This document shows, one piece after another, positions 12,384 to 25,287 of a stretch of 64,000 bases of DNA. Position 1 is the first letter of the stretch, and every line of letters begins with the position of its first letter. The position numbers were made by a program, and so were the translations under genes. The notes under the pieces are model-generated. The model made no database searches and was not told where the DNA came from. It saw only the letters and a list, made by a program, of their open reading frames with translations. Origin of the DNA: the human T2T-CHM13v2.0 reference genome, Homo sapiens; assembly GCF_009914755.1 (NCBI RefSeq), contig NC_060927.1; one strand, 5' to 3'.

Positions 12384-12606
12384 TATGGGTTGGCAAACTT
12401 TCTCTGTGAAGAACCAGATAGTAAATATTTTAGGCTTTGCAGGTGATACAGTCTGTGTTGCAACTCTTCACCTCTGCTGTTGTAGTGTGGAAGCAGCCAT
12501 GGTAATATGGAAACAAATGGATGTGGCTATGTTCCAATAAAACTTTATTTACAAACACAGGAAGGAGTGAGGATGTGGCTCATGGGAAGCAATTTGCTGA
12601 CTGCTG
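12384..12606. mobile_element. MER58A hAT-Charlie DNA transposon
   Basis: gttggcaaactttctctgtgaagaaccagatagtaaatattttaggctttgcagg...ttccaataaaactttatttacaaa; about 220 bp. Confidence 0.9.
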
Positions 12607-13289
12607 AGTTCAACTGTATTCCATTGATTCTGTAGATGTTGATATCCACTGAGTGTCCCTACTCACGGCTAGGACCGTGTTTAGTGCTCCTCCTCCTATC
12701 TAATCCTAACATAATATTCTAGCATAAATATTATTGTCCCTATTTTACATATGAAGAAGAAATAGAGGCTCTGCCCAGAGAGGGTAAGATAATTGTTTAG
12801 GTCACACAGTGATTAAGTTACAGACCTGAGAAGTGAATCATGGCACATAATTCCACACAGCATATTCTCTCTATCACAAGCCACTGTATCTCACAGAAGA
12901 GCCAGCACAGATAATCAGATGTTTAGGCCTCTGCCTAAAGCATGAAAGACTACACGGAATTGAATTATTAGTCACTGGGTATCTTACAATTATAATGTTC
13001 ATTTCAGCTTTGGAGAAGGAAAATAAAGATGTTTCCACTTTGCCTTCACTCGCATGTATGTGAACTTCCCTCCAGAAATTTCCAAGCTGCTTGATTTGCA
13101 GGTTCTGCATACCTCTTGGAAACAGTCTGTGCCTTTGTGAATAACACAGGGGGTCTTTTAGGCTATGGGAGAATAAATTAACACTCTCTCTGTTCGATGC
13201 AATGGACTGGCAAATTTGAGAACGAAGTTAGCAGAGCAAAATGCAAACATACTCCTCGAGTCAGGTGAAAACCTGGGACTTGTACAGAA

Positions 13290-13757
13290 GTAATAATGCT
13301 GCCACCAGACCACCCTCTCTTCATTCTTCTATGCCTGCTTCTCACAGTGCTCAAGTCACATCAGCATTCTTTCTGTCCACAAACAGAAATGCCAAGCTCA
13401 CAGCTTTTACACTTGTCCCTCTGCCTGAACATTTTACCCCAAGATTTTCACATGCTTCGCATCTCTTTTCATTCAGGCCTTAGTTCAGTCTTCACAATTT
13501 TGGAGGGGTTTCCCAGACTCCTAGTCAAAATTTCCCAATTCCAGGTCTCTCTCTATCACATTAACCTGTATGTTTCTACATTGTGTGTGTCACGGCCTTG
13601 TTTGTTTATTCATTTGTTTCTCTTCTGTTTCCACGGATGAAGTCATAAACTGCGTAAGAGCCAAAACTTTCTCTATCTTGTTCACCACTGCCCATGGTGC
13701 CCAGGACAGTGCCTGGCACAAAAAGGGCATTCAGAGAATGTTTATTGAATGAATACA
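13290..13757 (+). mobile_element. L2 3' end
   Basis: tcttgttcaccactg...cagtgcctggcaca...gaatgtttattgaatgaat. Confidence 0.75.
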
Positions 13758-13779
13758 TGATCAACTGCAGCAGAAACAC

Positions 13780-14000
13780 ACATATATTGAGTGCTTACTA
13801 TCTGGCAGGCACTGTTCTGAACCTTTATAAGCATTCCCTCAGTTAATCCTTTCAACAATTCCAATTCCCCAAGGATTATTATCCTCACTTTACCGACGAT
13901 ACAATGAAGGCTTGGAAGATTCAGTCTCACAGGTGCACAGCCACAGAATGGGTATGCAGCAGAGCCACCGTTTTCATACAAGTCCATCTGACTTTGAAGA
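13780..14000 (-). mobile_element. MIR
   Basis: atatattgagtgcttactatctggcaggcactgttct...attattatcctcactttac. Confidence 0.75.
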
Positions 14001-16053
14001 TGCTGTTTGGTGAAACTGGAAGATTGAACTACACAGTTTTTTTACCCTGAAGGATAATGAAAAATGTTCTAAGGGGCAAAGAGCCAGGTCAGAAAAGACA
14101 ACAGAACTATTCCAGCTGCACTTTCTTAGTGGACCTGCAGAATGGTCAAGGAATTGCCATCTGTGTCCAATTTAAAGCAAAGTTCAAAAAGGGCAGTGGG
14201 GCATGCTGTCTGCACATTTTCATGAAAGCCCACAGAAGGGTGCATGGGCACAGCTTGTTCTGGTGTCGCGGGGGAAACGGCACTTTGGTCATTTGTGTTT
14301 GCAGCATTTGCAAGGTAGGTTATTAAAGAAGCAAATTCGAGGTTAGACTAGAGATCTTGGTGGGAAGCCATAGCCTCCACTCAGGCTGGCATGCCTCAAT
14401 TCTGCTTCGGGTGTGAGTGTCATCACCTCTGCTGGTATCGTGGGCTGTATGAAGAAGTGACACTTCATAAGCCTTCTCCAATTTGGCCTCTTCCATTTGG
14501 GCTTTTGGCACATTTGCTTTGAGGCCCTGGCTTTGATGTTGGGCCTTGTTCAATGAGCTCTGGGAGTTGGGGTGTGTGAGCTTCAGCAAGCCGGAGGAAG
14601 GCTGTGTGTTTGAACTGGCATGGTGATTGATTAACCCTTTCTGCAATGTATCTGGTGAAAAATGGATGGCTCAGCAAAGCAGTCTCCAGATGGCCACAGG
14701 ATGCAGGCCTTGCTTCCTGAGATGCTGATTTCGGGGGCTGTAATACCCTTTAGCAGATTGAGTTTGACATGAGACCATACTAACATGCAAACTCCCGGAA
14801 GGCTAGTTGCCTGGAGTGCAGTTTGCATGTGTGGGAGTGGAGATTTTATTCTCTGAGCAAGTTTTAATCTCAGGATGGCTCTGGTCTCCTCATGGCAAAC
14901 AAAGCCATCCAAACAGAAAAGACAAAAATAAACTCTAAAATAAGGAATATTTACAAATTATTCTGGTCTTGATTTTTTTCATTTTATATTTTGTAGACTC
15001 CACTATTAATTCCCAAGCCTTGAATACAATTGGGTAGAAAGAAAGAAAAAGGAAAGAAGAAACGGAGGGAGGAAGAAAGAGAGGGAGAGAGAGGGGAAAC
15101 TACAAAACTAGTTTAAAATAACTGACCATCTAAAAAGTTTAGGAAACATGACTCTGTTGCCCCAACATGCATGAGCAAAGAAATATTTTAATTTCTGAAA
15201 CATCACTTAATATTTTAAGGTAGTAGAGATTGGCTCTCCTTTTTCACTTATTATGTTATCCGAAACAAACTTATTCTGAGGGTAAGGTAAAAATAATTTA
15301 GCCTTATTTTCTTGCTTAAGTGAAAAGGAAGGGAGTGTTTACAAACATGTTTTTAATCAGACTTCTTTTCTTTTCTTTGTTTCTTGCCATGGACCAAAAA
15401 ATGTGACACTCGAGTTAATTCCCTCTGCTACTCTACCTATAGGTCCAGCATTTACAGTTACTGACTGTGAGAGTGGGAAGACTTGGTCATCCACCATCAG
15501 GACACCAATATGTAACTTAGGGACTGATTGCGGCAGCTGGGCTAAGCTCCTCACACAACCTCAGAACCCAAACCAGAAAAATAGAACAATATATCCTGCT
15601 CTGTTTCTTAGGCATGTTTTTAGTGGAGAACTGGATGCAGAAGCACAGAATGGTTCAATATTGACTTGGGCGTATGTTAAAAAAAGCAAACAAGACAAGG
15701 CACCAGTTGTTCACAGTAACTCAAGCTGTGCCATTCGTCCAGAGCACATTGAGACACAGCTATCGGAAACATGAATTTTAGCCAGCTGACCATTTCCTCT
15801 GATAAATGCCATGGAGAAATGCTTATGTATATCCAGCCTGGACAAACGGGCTCTGATGTTGTTAGAATGGGGCATGCACATATATGGGTTTACGCTGTTC
15901 CTCTTCCATCTCTCATTTGTGGCAGATATCACTAATCAATGATGGCACTCATTTCTAGCAAGTCCATGAGGCCTCAAAATCTTGTCAAAATCAGGCTCCA
16001 GGTAGTCAGCCTGTCAGTGTTTGTCTCCAGGTGACCCAAAAGTGTCCTGCATT

Positions 16054-16649
16054 TTTGGTAGCTTTCTACCATGCCAAGTATTCCTTCTGAGATCTGGATC
16101 CTTGTCTTGCCCTTCCCTCCTGAGTGTGGGCTGGACCTAATGATTTGTAACTTGATCCCAGAAGTGACATCCCATCATCACTTTTGCTATGTGGTGATGG
16201 GATAGCAAAAGTGATGATGGGATGTCACTTCTGGGAACAAGTTACAAAAGACTGTGTCTTTCATCTTGCCAGCATTTTTTTCTTCTCCTCTCTCTCTAAG
16301 GAAACCAGCTGCCATTTTTTGGACTGCCTAGTGGAGGGGCCCACATGGCCAGGAAATGAAGGAGGCTCTAGTGAAGAGCTTGAGAGGAACCGAGGACCTT
16401 AGTCCAAAAGACAGTGAGCAACTTAATCCTGCCAACAATGATGTGAGTGAGCTTGGAATTGGATCCTTCCCTAGCTGAGCCTTGAGATAACTGCAGCCAA
16501 GGCCAACACCTTCCTTGCCACCTTGTGAGAGACCTTGAGCCAGAGGACCCAGATTCCAGACTCATAGCAACTATGAGACAAAAAAAGCTGTTGTTTTAAG
16601 CCACCAACTATTAGGATAATTTGTTACACAGCAATAGATAGCTAACACA
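16054..16649 (+). mobile_element. MaLR LTR (MLT1E/F-like) containing a fold-back hairpin
   Basis: gagtgtgggctggacct, gatgggatgtcacttc, cctgccaacaa, tgttgttttaagcca...ttgttacacagcaatagatagctaacaca. Confidence 0.8.
16144..16248. repeat. Near-perfect palindrome: 47-bp stem (46/47 paired) with an 11-nt loop
   Basis: tttgtaacttgatcccagaagtgacatcccatcatcacttttgctat / gtggtgatggg / atagcaaaagtgatgatgggatgtcacttctgggaacaagttacaaa. Confidence 0.98.
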
Positions 16650-17664
16650 GCAAGAATTTAGCAGACTTCATAAAAGGAAGTCTTTGAAATGAAATTCGGT
16701 CTTTGAAGGAAGATCTAAATTTCTCTGGGATGGCAAACAAACAAAAAAAACCCAAAACACCTAAAATAAAGTCAAAGCACAGGGCTGGGCTACTTGGATT
16801 TGAGATTTTATCATTATTATCAAACATTTATTGCATGTTTAGTCTAACTAAGGCCCTGCGTGAGATGTTGGCATTTTAAAGAGGTAAGCCCCAGTCTCTA
16901 TTCTTAGATAACACAGAGTTAGGAAATATCAGCTTAAAGATAAGAATACAAAGTAAAATAAATGCAGTGGGCATTGGTTTTTTTTTTCTTTATCTGCTCA
17001 GCAACCATCCTCATTCTTTTAGTTTCAACAGGCTGACTTTTCTTGGGCAAACCACCTTGAACTCTCCTAAACCCACTTGATCTGAGTGAAATTGATGCCA
17101 TCTTAGGTCAGGTCTGACACTGAGGTTGCTAAACTCGTAGAATATAAGCTTAGGGACATTGATGATCATCTGTATCCCTAATTGAGGAGAATCGATTTAA
17201 ATGAATCAGATAGAGGAAAGCAAAGCTGAGAGAAGGAAAGAAGCACATTCCTGATGTAATATGTTGAGCACCTTCTCCCACCTGCTTCTGGACTAGGGTT
17301 TTCTGTTTTATTTGCCAGTGGTTCCCAAACCCTCTAACCCCTACCTCTGCTTTTTTTTTTTCTTAAAAAAACAAAACCTTATACCTGTTTGAGTTGGGTT
17401 TCTGCAACTTACAATGAAAATAAGCCAGAATACTATAGTATGAGAGATGCAAAAATGTAGAGAATTTAAAGAACTAGCACCCTGTAAAGCTGGACTTGAG
17501 ACAGATTAGTCAAGAGGAGACAGACCCATGCAATTTTCTAGGCTGCTAAGCCCTTTGAAGACAACTCAGAGGGAAACAGGGGCATCACTACTGATATGAA
17601 CTCTGTGAGTAACCCTTGAACCATCTGGGGTCAGCTGAGAAAAAGAGCCAGGATATTAATAATA

Positions 17665-18740
17665 TTCATTCATTCGGCACAAATTTATTAAGTCACTACT
17701 ACATGCTAGGCACCACTTGAGGTGCTAAGAATACAATGATAAATAAAACACAGTATCTGTGCTCAAAGAGTGTCTGAGAGTCTAGTCCATGGGGGAAGTG
17801 GATGACAACTAAGCCTCTCAGTGTATGATAAGGCTGGTGGAGACGAGGACCATTAGAGACAATGCAGGGAAGGGCTAGAGAATGATGATGGTGGGTGCTG
17901 AGGAGTATGGGTACTATTTTGGAAATATTGGCTAGGAATATTTGGCCATTGATCAGAGGCATAAATAAAATGGGGGATGAACTATGCAGATATGTGAGGG
18001 AGGTGTTCTCAGCAGAGGGAAGAGTAAGTGCAAAGGCCTTCAGCTGGAATGAAGTACCTGGCATGTTTGGGGAGTGCACAAGGGCAAGTGTGTGAGGGAG
18101 AAGTGTGAGTAGAGGATAGTGAAGGAGGTGGTCAGATTGCCTTGGAGGCCATTTTAAGGATGTTAGCCTTGACCCTGGGAGCAATGGGCATTTGGATTAG
18201 TGCCATGATCTGATTTGTCGGGATTACTCTGACGGCTCTATTGAAAACAGACTATTGAGGACGAAATGAAAACGGAAGACCAAATCAGAGGCTGCCACAA
18301 CAGTCCTGGAAGAGCTGATGTAACAGTTGGGGTTAGATTCTGGACACATTTTCAGGTAGAACTAACAGGATTTGCTGATACATTGGATGTAGTATGTGAG
18401 AGAAACTATGGAGCAAATAAAAAGGTGGTGCTACCTTCAATCAAGATGGGGAAGATGGGTGGAGAAGAAATTGGATTAAACCTGCTAAATGTGTGCTTGT
18501 TAGACTCAAGTCACTGAAGTGTCCCTCTGGGTGGGTGGTTGGACGTATATGTCCAGAGTTCAAGGGAGAGGTCTGGGTTAGAGACACACATTTAGGAGAC
18601 ATAGTGGACAGGAGGTATTTAAAGCTGAGACCAGATGAGATCACCTAGGAAGTGAGTCTAGACAGAGGACAGGACAGGTTCAATGAACCCTAAGACAATC
18701 TGTCATTTATAGGCCAGGAGGAAGAGGAATTTGCTAGAAA
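17665..18740 (-). mobile_element. L2 (about 1 kb)
   Basis: attcattcattc tail; gcaaaggcc; aggtagaactaacaggatttgctgat; gagttcaagggagaggtctggg; gatgagatcacctagg. Confidence 0.85.
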
Positions 18741-19809
18741 ATAAAGAGATGGAAAGTTAGAGCCACGGTGCTTTATAACCAGGTACAAAACAAAAGTACT
18801 AATCTTTGTGCTTCTATTTTTCTCTATTTTACTTAATGCCACTTCTACCTTATTTAGTACAGTACTTTTTCATTAATTAGGAGAAACACCAGACTATAAG
18901 TACACAGAATTTCTCTAGCAGAGGTTTTTTTTTTTTTTTTTTTTCTCAAAGATAGATTTAAATCAAAGCATAAGACACCAGCTTTAAAGAAGGTGTAGAC
19001 TCTCAGGCACAATGAATTGTGAATGCAGGCTGAATGGCAGGTACCGGAGAAACCAAGGCAAGCTTCAGGGAACCCGGGGGGTATTCAGGATTAGAGCGGC
19101 ACGAGGAGCCAAAACTATAAAGGCAGGCAAACCTGAAATGAACAAGTACTGAGCATGAAGTTTGGGGAACAAGCAGGCAATAAGTAAGTTAGATAAGGGT
19201 CTGACAGGTCCAACATCCTGAAACTGAAGGTGGGAGGTCCAAGTCCAGGTACTCAATAAATACACAGAGCAGGAGACGGAATAGCAGTTCAACAGATGTG
19301 ATGACTTAGTAACATCAGCTAATCATTGAAATGACTTTTGACCTATGAGGCTTACCAATTATAAAAGCAGAACATGTCTGGGGGTTGTAGGTAGAGGTAA
19401 GTAGAAGTACTCAGCTGGAGGGAAGAACCACAGGACAGAAAGAAAAGTGTCCATTGACACTAACATCCCAGAAGTCAAGCAGGACATTGCCGTTCTTGGC
19501 ATTCATGGCTTTCTGCTACATATAGAATTAATACACAAGCCCTTGAAAGCACGTTAGGTCAGCATCTTTGTCTTAACCTCCTCATACCTTCTTCAGTGCT
19601 TAGCAGTGTGCTGCTGTGCAGAGAACATGGGCTTTGGACCCAGCAGATATTTTAAATGTCTTGAACACCTTTTATTTTGCATTTTGGAGCCTCCTTGTCC
19701 CCATGGAACCAGCAAATTGTCAAGCTTGGCTATATCACTTGCTCACTTAGAATGTAAATTTCCTCACCTATAAACGAGAGCAAAGCTCATTGTGAACAAC
19801 AACAACAAC

Positions 19810-20025
19810 AACAACTACATCAGAGTACTTTCCATGTCTCAGGCACTGGGCTAATGCTTCATTTTGATCTTACAGCAGCTTATAAAACAGGGTCATTATC
19901 ACCCCATTTTACAGATGGAGAAATTAAGACTTAGTGGAGTTAAGCAATGTGCCCAAGTTCTCACAGCTTGTGACTAGGGGAGCTGCAGCTCACACCTAGA
20001 GCTTTCTGACTCCATTTCAACAGCC
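19810..20025 (-). mobile_element. MIR
   Basis: attatcaccccattttacagatggagaaattaagact...gttaagcaatgtgcccaagttctcacagct. Confidence 0.8.
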
Positions 20026-20312
20026 TCAGAGGTGTGCAGGCTGGGGGTTAAATAAGTGCTGGGTGAAGTGAGGCTGGATGAACCTGGGTTTGAATGAGGG
20101 GCTGCCTGGCCATGGGGGCCATAGTAGGTGTTGAGCAAAAGTGACAGCACAGGTGATTTGTAACACACTCTATGAATGTGTTCCGTAGTCTGCCACCTTG
20201 GAGTGGAGTATCTGCCTAGGAAAGACTTATCCTGATGATTTAGATGAATATGGGGAATTAGAATATGCTGGTCTTTCTGGGTTCGGGGTCTGTGATCAGT
20301 AGCCTCAGTTCC

Positions 20313-20687
20313 TGATATGGTTTGGATCTGTGTCCCCTTCCAAATCTCATGTTGAATTGTAATCTCCACATGTTGGAGGAGGGGCCGGGTGGGAGGTGAT
20401 TGAATCATGGAGGTGGACTTCCCCTTGCCGTTCTCATGACAGAGTTCTCATGAGATCTGGTTGTTTGAAAGGGTATAGCCCATCCCCCTTCACACACTCT
20501 CCTGCTCTGCCACGGTAAGATGTGCTTACTTCCCCTTCGCCTTCTGCCATGATCTTTAAGTTTCCTGAGGTCTTCCAGTCATGCTTCCTGTACAGCCTGC
20601 AGAATTGTGAGGCAATTAAACCTCTTTTCCTCACAAATTACCCAGCCTCAGGTGTTCTTTATAGCAGTGTGAGAATAGACTAATACA
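20313..20687 (+). mobile_element. MSTA-like MaLR solo LTR
   Basis: tgatatggtttggatctgtgtcccc...attaaacctctttt...gactaataca; 375 bp. Confidence 0.9.
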
Positions 20688-21699
20688 GTCTCCTAGAGAA
20701 GAAAAAGGTGGGAAACACACATTTATTAAGCATCTATGAGGCTAGATAACCACTGAGCTAGGCACTTCCCCACGTGGGGTTTTAGTGCCTTCATAGAACA
20801 ATTCAACAGGGTAGGTATTACTCTCCCTATATTATAGATGAAGGAACTAAGACTCAGGTAATTGTAGTTCCTTATTTAGTTCCACCTAAAGTCTACGCAG
20901 GTTTGCCCAATAGTGAAAGAGATGATGTCAGTTTATAGCAGGCTGTGCTTGATTCCAAAGCCTATGCTCTTTCTCATATTCCTCGGCAAAGAGTATTCTT
21001 TTTCCTATCTTCAAAATCAGTACAAAACCAGACGCATCTTTTCTTGCCAGATTTCCCTCACCCTCTAGTTCTGGGGAACATTCAAATAGTGAAAAACAAT
21101 ATTTCTTTCCCTCCCTCCTGTTTCCTTTCCTCTTTTAGTCGCTTAAGTACATTTGAAACTTTGCCCTCATTCCCTTCCTCCAGAGTGAAAGTTGCTGTCT
21201 TGTTAACTCAGAATTTCAGGGATAAATTCTTGGGAAAGTCATGTGCTTTTTATTATTATGCTGTTTATTCATGTACTTGAAACACATTTATATTGTTAGG
21301 CTATTCATGGAATAAAACATTCAAATGAAAAAACAATCCAGTAAGTTTGGTAGTTTTCTTGAGGAAACAAAGAGAAGCCTCCTAGAGAGAAGCACATTTA
21401 ACTCTTCTTGTCCCATTTCCTCATTCAGGAACCCTGTTGACCACCACCATGGGTTGAAATGGATCCCAGCTTCTCCATGTGAAACTCATCATGGCTGAGG
21501 CTTGGAGTTTGTTGTCACCATTATAAAGGAAACTAGTTGCCCAGAGCTTACTGGAATCACGTGCAAAATGAACAAAATCGGTGCCTACAGCTACCTGCCT
21601 CCAACTTTCCATTTCAGACTTCTTGTTGGGAGTATAAGCTGTTATGGGAGGTAGGGGTGGGGAACTAATATATATTAGGTACTGTGATCAAGCACTCTA

Positions 21700-21868
21700 C
21701 AGTGTTGCTACTCAAAGCATGGTCCAGAAACCAGCATTATTGGCACATTTGCAAGCCTGTTAGAAATGCACACTTTCAGATCCCACCCAAACCCTACTGA
21801 ATTAGAATCTGTAGGTTCACAAGACTCCCAGGAAAATTCTCATGTATATGAATGTTTGAGAAGCACTG
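21700..21868. mobile_element. MER5A-like hAT DNA transposon
   Basis: cagtgttgctactcaaag...ttagaaatgca...ctactgaattagaatct...tttgagaagcactg. Confidence 0.8.
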
Positions 21869-21869
21869 T

Positions 21870-22221
21870 TGATATGGTTTGGCTCTGAGTCCCTATACCT
21901 CCATGGGTTCAGCAACCTGAAATCTCCATTTCAGGTTGAATTGCAATCCCCATAATCTCCACATGTCAAGGGAGGGACCTGGTGGGAGGTTTTTGGATCA
22001 TGGGGGTGGTTTTCCTCATGCTTTTCTTGTGATAGTGAGTTCCTATGAGATCTGATGGTTTTATAAGTGTTTGGAGGTGCCTGCGTCCCCTTTCACCATG
22101 ATTGTAAGTTTTCTGAGGCCTCCCCAGCCATGCAGAACTGTGAGTCAATTAAACCTCTTTTCTATATAAATTACCTAGTCTTGGGCAGTTCTTTATAGCA
22201 GTGTGAGGATGGACTAATACA
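21870..22221 (+). mobile_element. THE1C/D-like MaLR solo LTR
   Basis: tgatatggtttggctctg...ggactaataca; TSD actgt/actgc. Confidence 0.9.
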
Positions 22222-22239
22222 ACTGCTCTGCAAGGCATT

Positions 22240-22523
<284 letters not shown>

Positions 22524-22900
22524 TGCTAGGCATTTTATTTAGGCATTTAATACCCTTAGTGAACAGTATTCATGTCTTAAATGAGAAAACAAAAGCTCAG
22601 GGTGGTGAGTAACTTGGCCAACTTCTCAGCTAGTTAGTGCAAGGTTGGTATTTGAACCATTTGGCATCCGATTTTAAATCTTGTCTATTTTCTTCTCTAT
22701 CACACTACCTTCATTTTTCCCTGATGCTTCATTGGGCCGTGGTAGTGTGCCCTGAAAATACATCTGCACATGCTGGAACAATAGCTATGTTTGGCTCTTT
22801 CTTTCCTCTCCTGTCTTTGACATAAATGGTAGAAAAATTGGCGTTTTCTTGCCCTTCTAAATCCTCTAAATTAAAGCTTATAAAGAATAACCTTGAATGC

Positions 22901-23295
<395 letters not shown>

Positions 23296-23529
23296 CTACA
23301 ATTTTAATTACTTGCCAACACATTTTAAAGCTTTTCATGAAAGTGTAATATGCATACAGAAATGTGCATACATAAGTGCCCCGTTCAATGAGTTTTCACA
23401 AAGTTAATACATCTGTGTAATTAGCACAAAGATCAAAACCCATTACTAGCACCCCAAAGTTCTATTTATACTTTTTATGTATGAGTAATCAATATTTTTA
23501 CTTCTAATTGCACTGACTAGATTACTTGC

Positions 23530-23890
23530 CAACATTTAAAAACCAGAAGGTTTAATTTAAAAAAAACCTGAAATTTCTAGTTTCTCTTGAAAAATGGAAG
23601 CATCTAGTCACATTGGGCTCTTGTTCTCACAGGGTACCAATCAGCTGGAGATAAGGAGGGACTGCCCTCTTTAACTAGGCATACCCTTTCTAGTTTGCCA
23701 CAGTCCCCACCACTCCCTGTTACACCCAACCCTCAGGCTTAGTGACAACTATCTTTAATCAATGCACTTCCAGTTAATAGAATAATTAAAATGAATTAAG
23801 ACTTAAGTAAAACATTTCTTATACTTGCGTGCTTCACTCTTTTACATTATATGCCTGCCCTTCATGTACATTTGAGTTTGAGATCCCATC
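23530..23890. mobile_element. Old hAT-Charlie-like DNA transposon fragment
   Basis: tttgccacagtccccaccactccct...catttgagtttgagatccc resembles a Charlie-family terminus; subfamily uncertain. Confidence 0.45.
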
Positions 23891-23934
23891 TCCAGGCCTG
23901 AGGATTCTCCATATAATTATCAACCTCAGAAAGT

Positions 23935-24746
23935 ATCTCTGATAAAATATATGACAGAATACTCTCACACAACACTTTTGACACCAGATGTGTGTGTTTT
24001 TCCCACACTAACCATTCTCCAGTTCTTTGCAGACACCAGCTGGGGACTATCCTATAATTCAATTCAATTCTGACACTATCTACTTGGAGATAGCATCAGA
24101 TTTCACGGGTTGAGGACTCAGCCTCACAAAATTGCCCCAACTTCAAACACCAGTCAAAAGCCCCAGGTTGTCACCTATGTTGCTGATCGAACACCTATAA
24201 ATTGGAGGCTCCTACAACTCCTTCCTTGGGTTCGATCATTTGCTAGAATGGCTCATACAACTCAGGAAAACATTTACGTTTACTGTTTTATTATAAAGGA
24301 TACAACTCAGGAATGATCAGATGGAAGAGATGTGTAGGGCAAAGTATGGGGCAAGGGGCATGGACTTTCCATGCCCTCTCTGTGTACATCCTTCTCCTAG
24401 CGCCTCCATGTGTTCAGCATCCTGAGAGCTCGCGAAATTTCATTGTTCAAGAATGTTTATGCAGCTATACCTCCAGCCCTGTCCTTCTCAGAGGTGAGTG
24501 GGTTGGGCGGAATGTTCGAGCCTTCTAATAACTTAGGCTTTCTGATGAGCAGCCCTATCCTGAGTCTCTCTAGGGGCCCTCCCCTAAGACACCTCATTAG
24601 CATAAACTCAGGTGTGGAAGGAAAGGGCCTGGTTATGAATAACAAAAGACATTCCAATCACTGGGGAAATTCCAATGGTTTTAGGTATTCTGCACCAGGA
24701 CAAAGAGTAGGGGACAAAGACCTAATGTATTTCTTATTATGCCATA
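23935..24746 (-). mobile_element. MER21-like ERVL LTR
   Basis: gacaccagctgggg...aattcaattcaattctgacactatctacttggagatagcatcagat; ctcattagcataaactcaggtgtgg. Confidence 0.8.
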
Positions 24747-24906
24747 GTATAGTATCTCAAATATTTCTTAAGAACAGAAGTTATAATGATCCTTACCCTC
24801 ATAATTTGGCTTTTCGGATGCTAAGTAAGTGGTTATACATACTTGCTAAAGTTAATTCAAAGAGAAGTAGATTCAACTTCTTAATAGGCTTTTTTCTTTT
24901 CCTCAG

Positions 24907-25287
24907 TGTTTTAGTCTATTTTGTGCTATTATAACAGAATTCCTGAGACCGGGTAATTTATGATGAACAGAAAGTTGCTTCTTAAAGTTCTGGAGGCTGG
25001 GAAGTCTAAGACTAAGGGGTGGACATCTGGCAACAGCCTTCTTTCTATGTCATTCCATAGTGGAAGGGCAAAGAGAGAGAGAGAAAGAGAAGGGAGCCAA
25101 AGTCATTCTTTATAAGGAACCCATTCCCCCCATAGCAAATCCACTCCCGCCATAACAACATTAATCCATTCATGCGGGCAGAGCCCTCATGACCTCATCA
25201 CCTCTTATTAGACCCCATCCCCCAACAGTGTTGCATTGGGGATTACATTTCCAACACATGCTTTTTAGGGGACACAGTCAAACCGTG
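24907..25287 (-). mobile_element. MSTC/MSTD-like MaLR LTR
   Basis: tgttttagtctattttgtgcta...ttctggaggctgggaagtctaag...attaatccattcatg..ggcagagccctcatgacct. Confidence 0.8.

Noticed and set aside
7111-12606. Inverted similarity between 7.3-7.45 kb and 12.4-12.55 kb
   Set aside because: It is explained by independent MER58B and MER58A insertions in opposite orientation.
20313-22221. Two same-orientation MaLR LTRs 1.2 kb apart as a possible provirus
   Set aside because: They are different subfamilies with separate target sites, and the intervening DNA contains MIR and MER5A rather than MaLR internal sequence.
24410-24934. Longest ORF (174 aa)
   Set aside because: It lies mostly within the MER21-like LTR and has no protein-like features or splice context.
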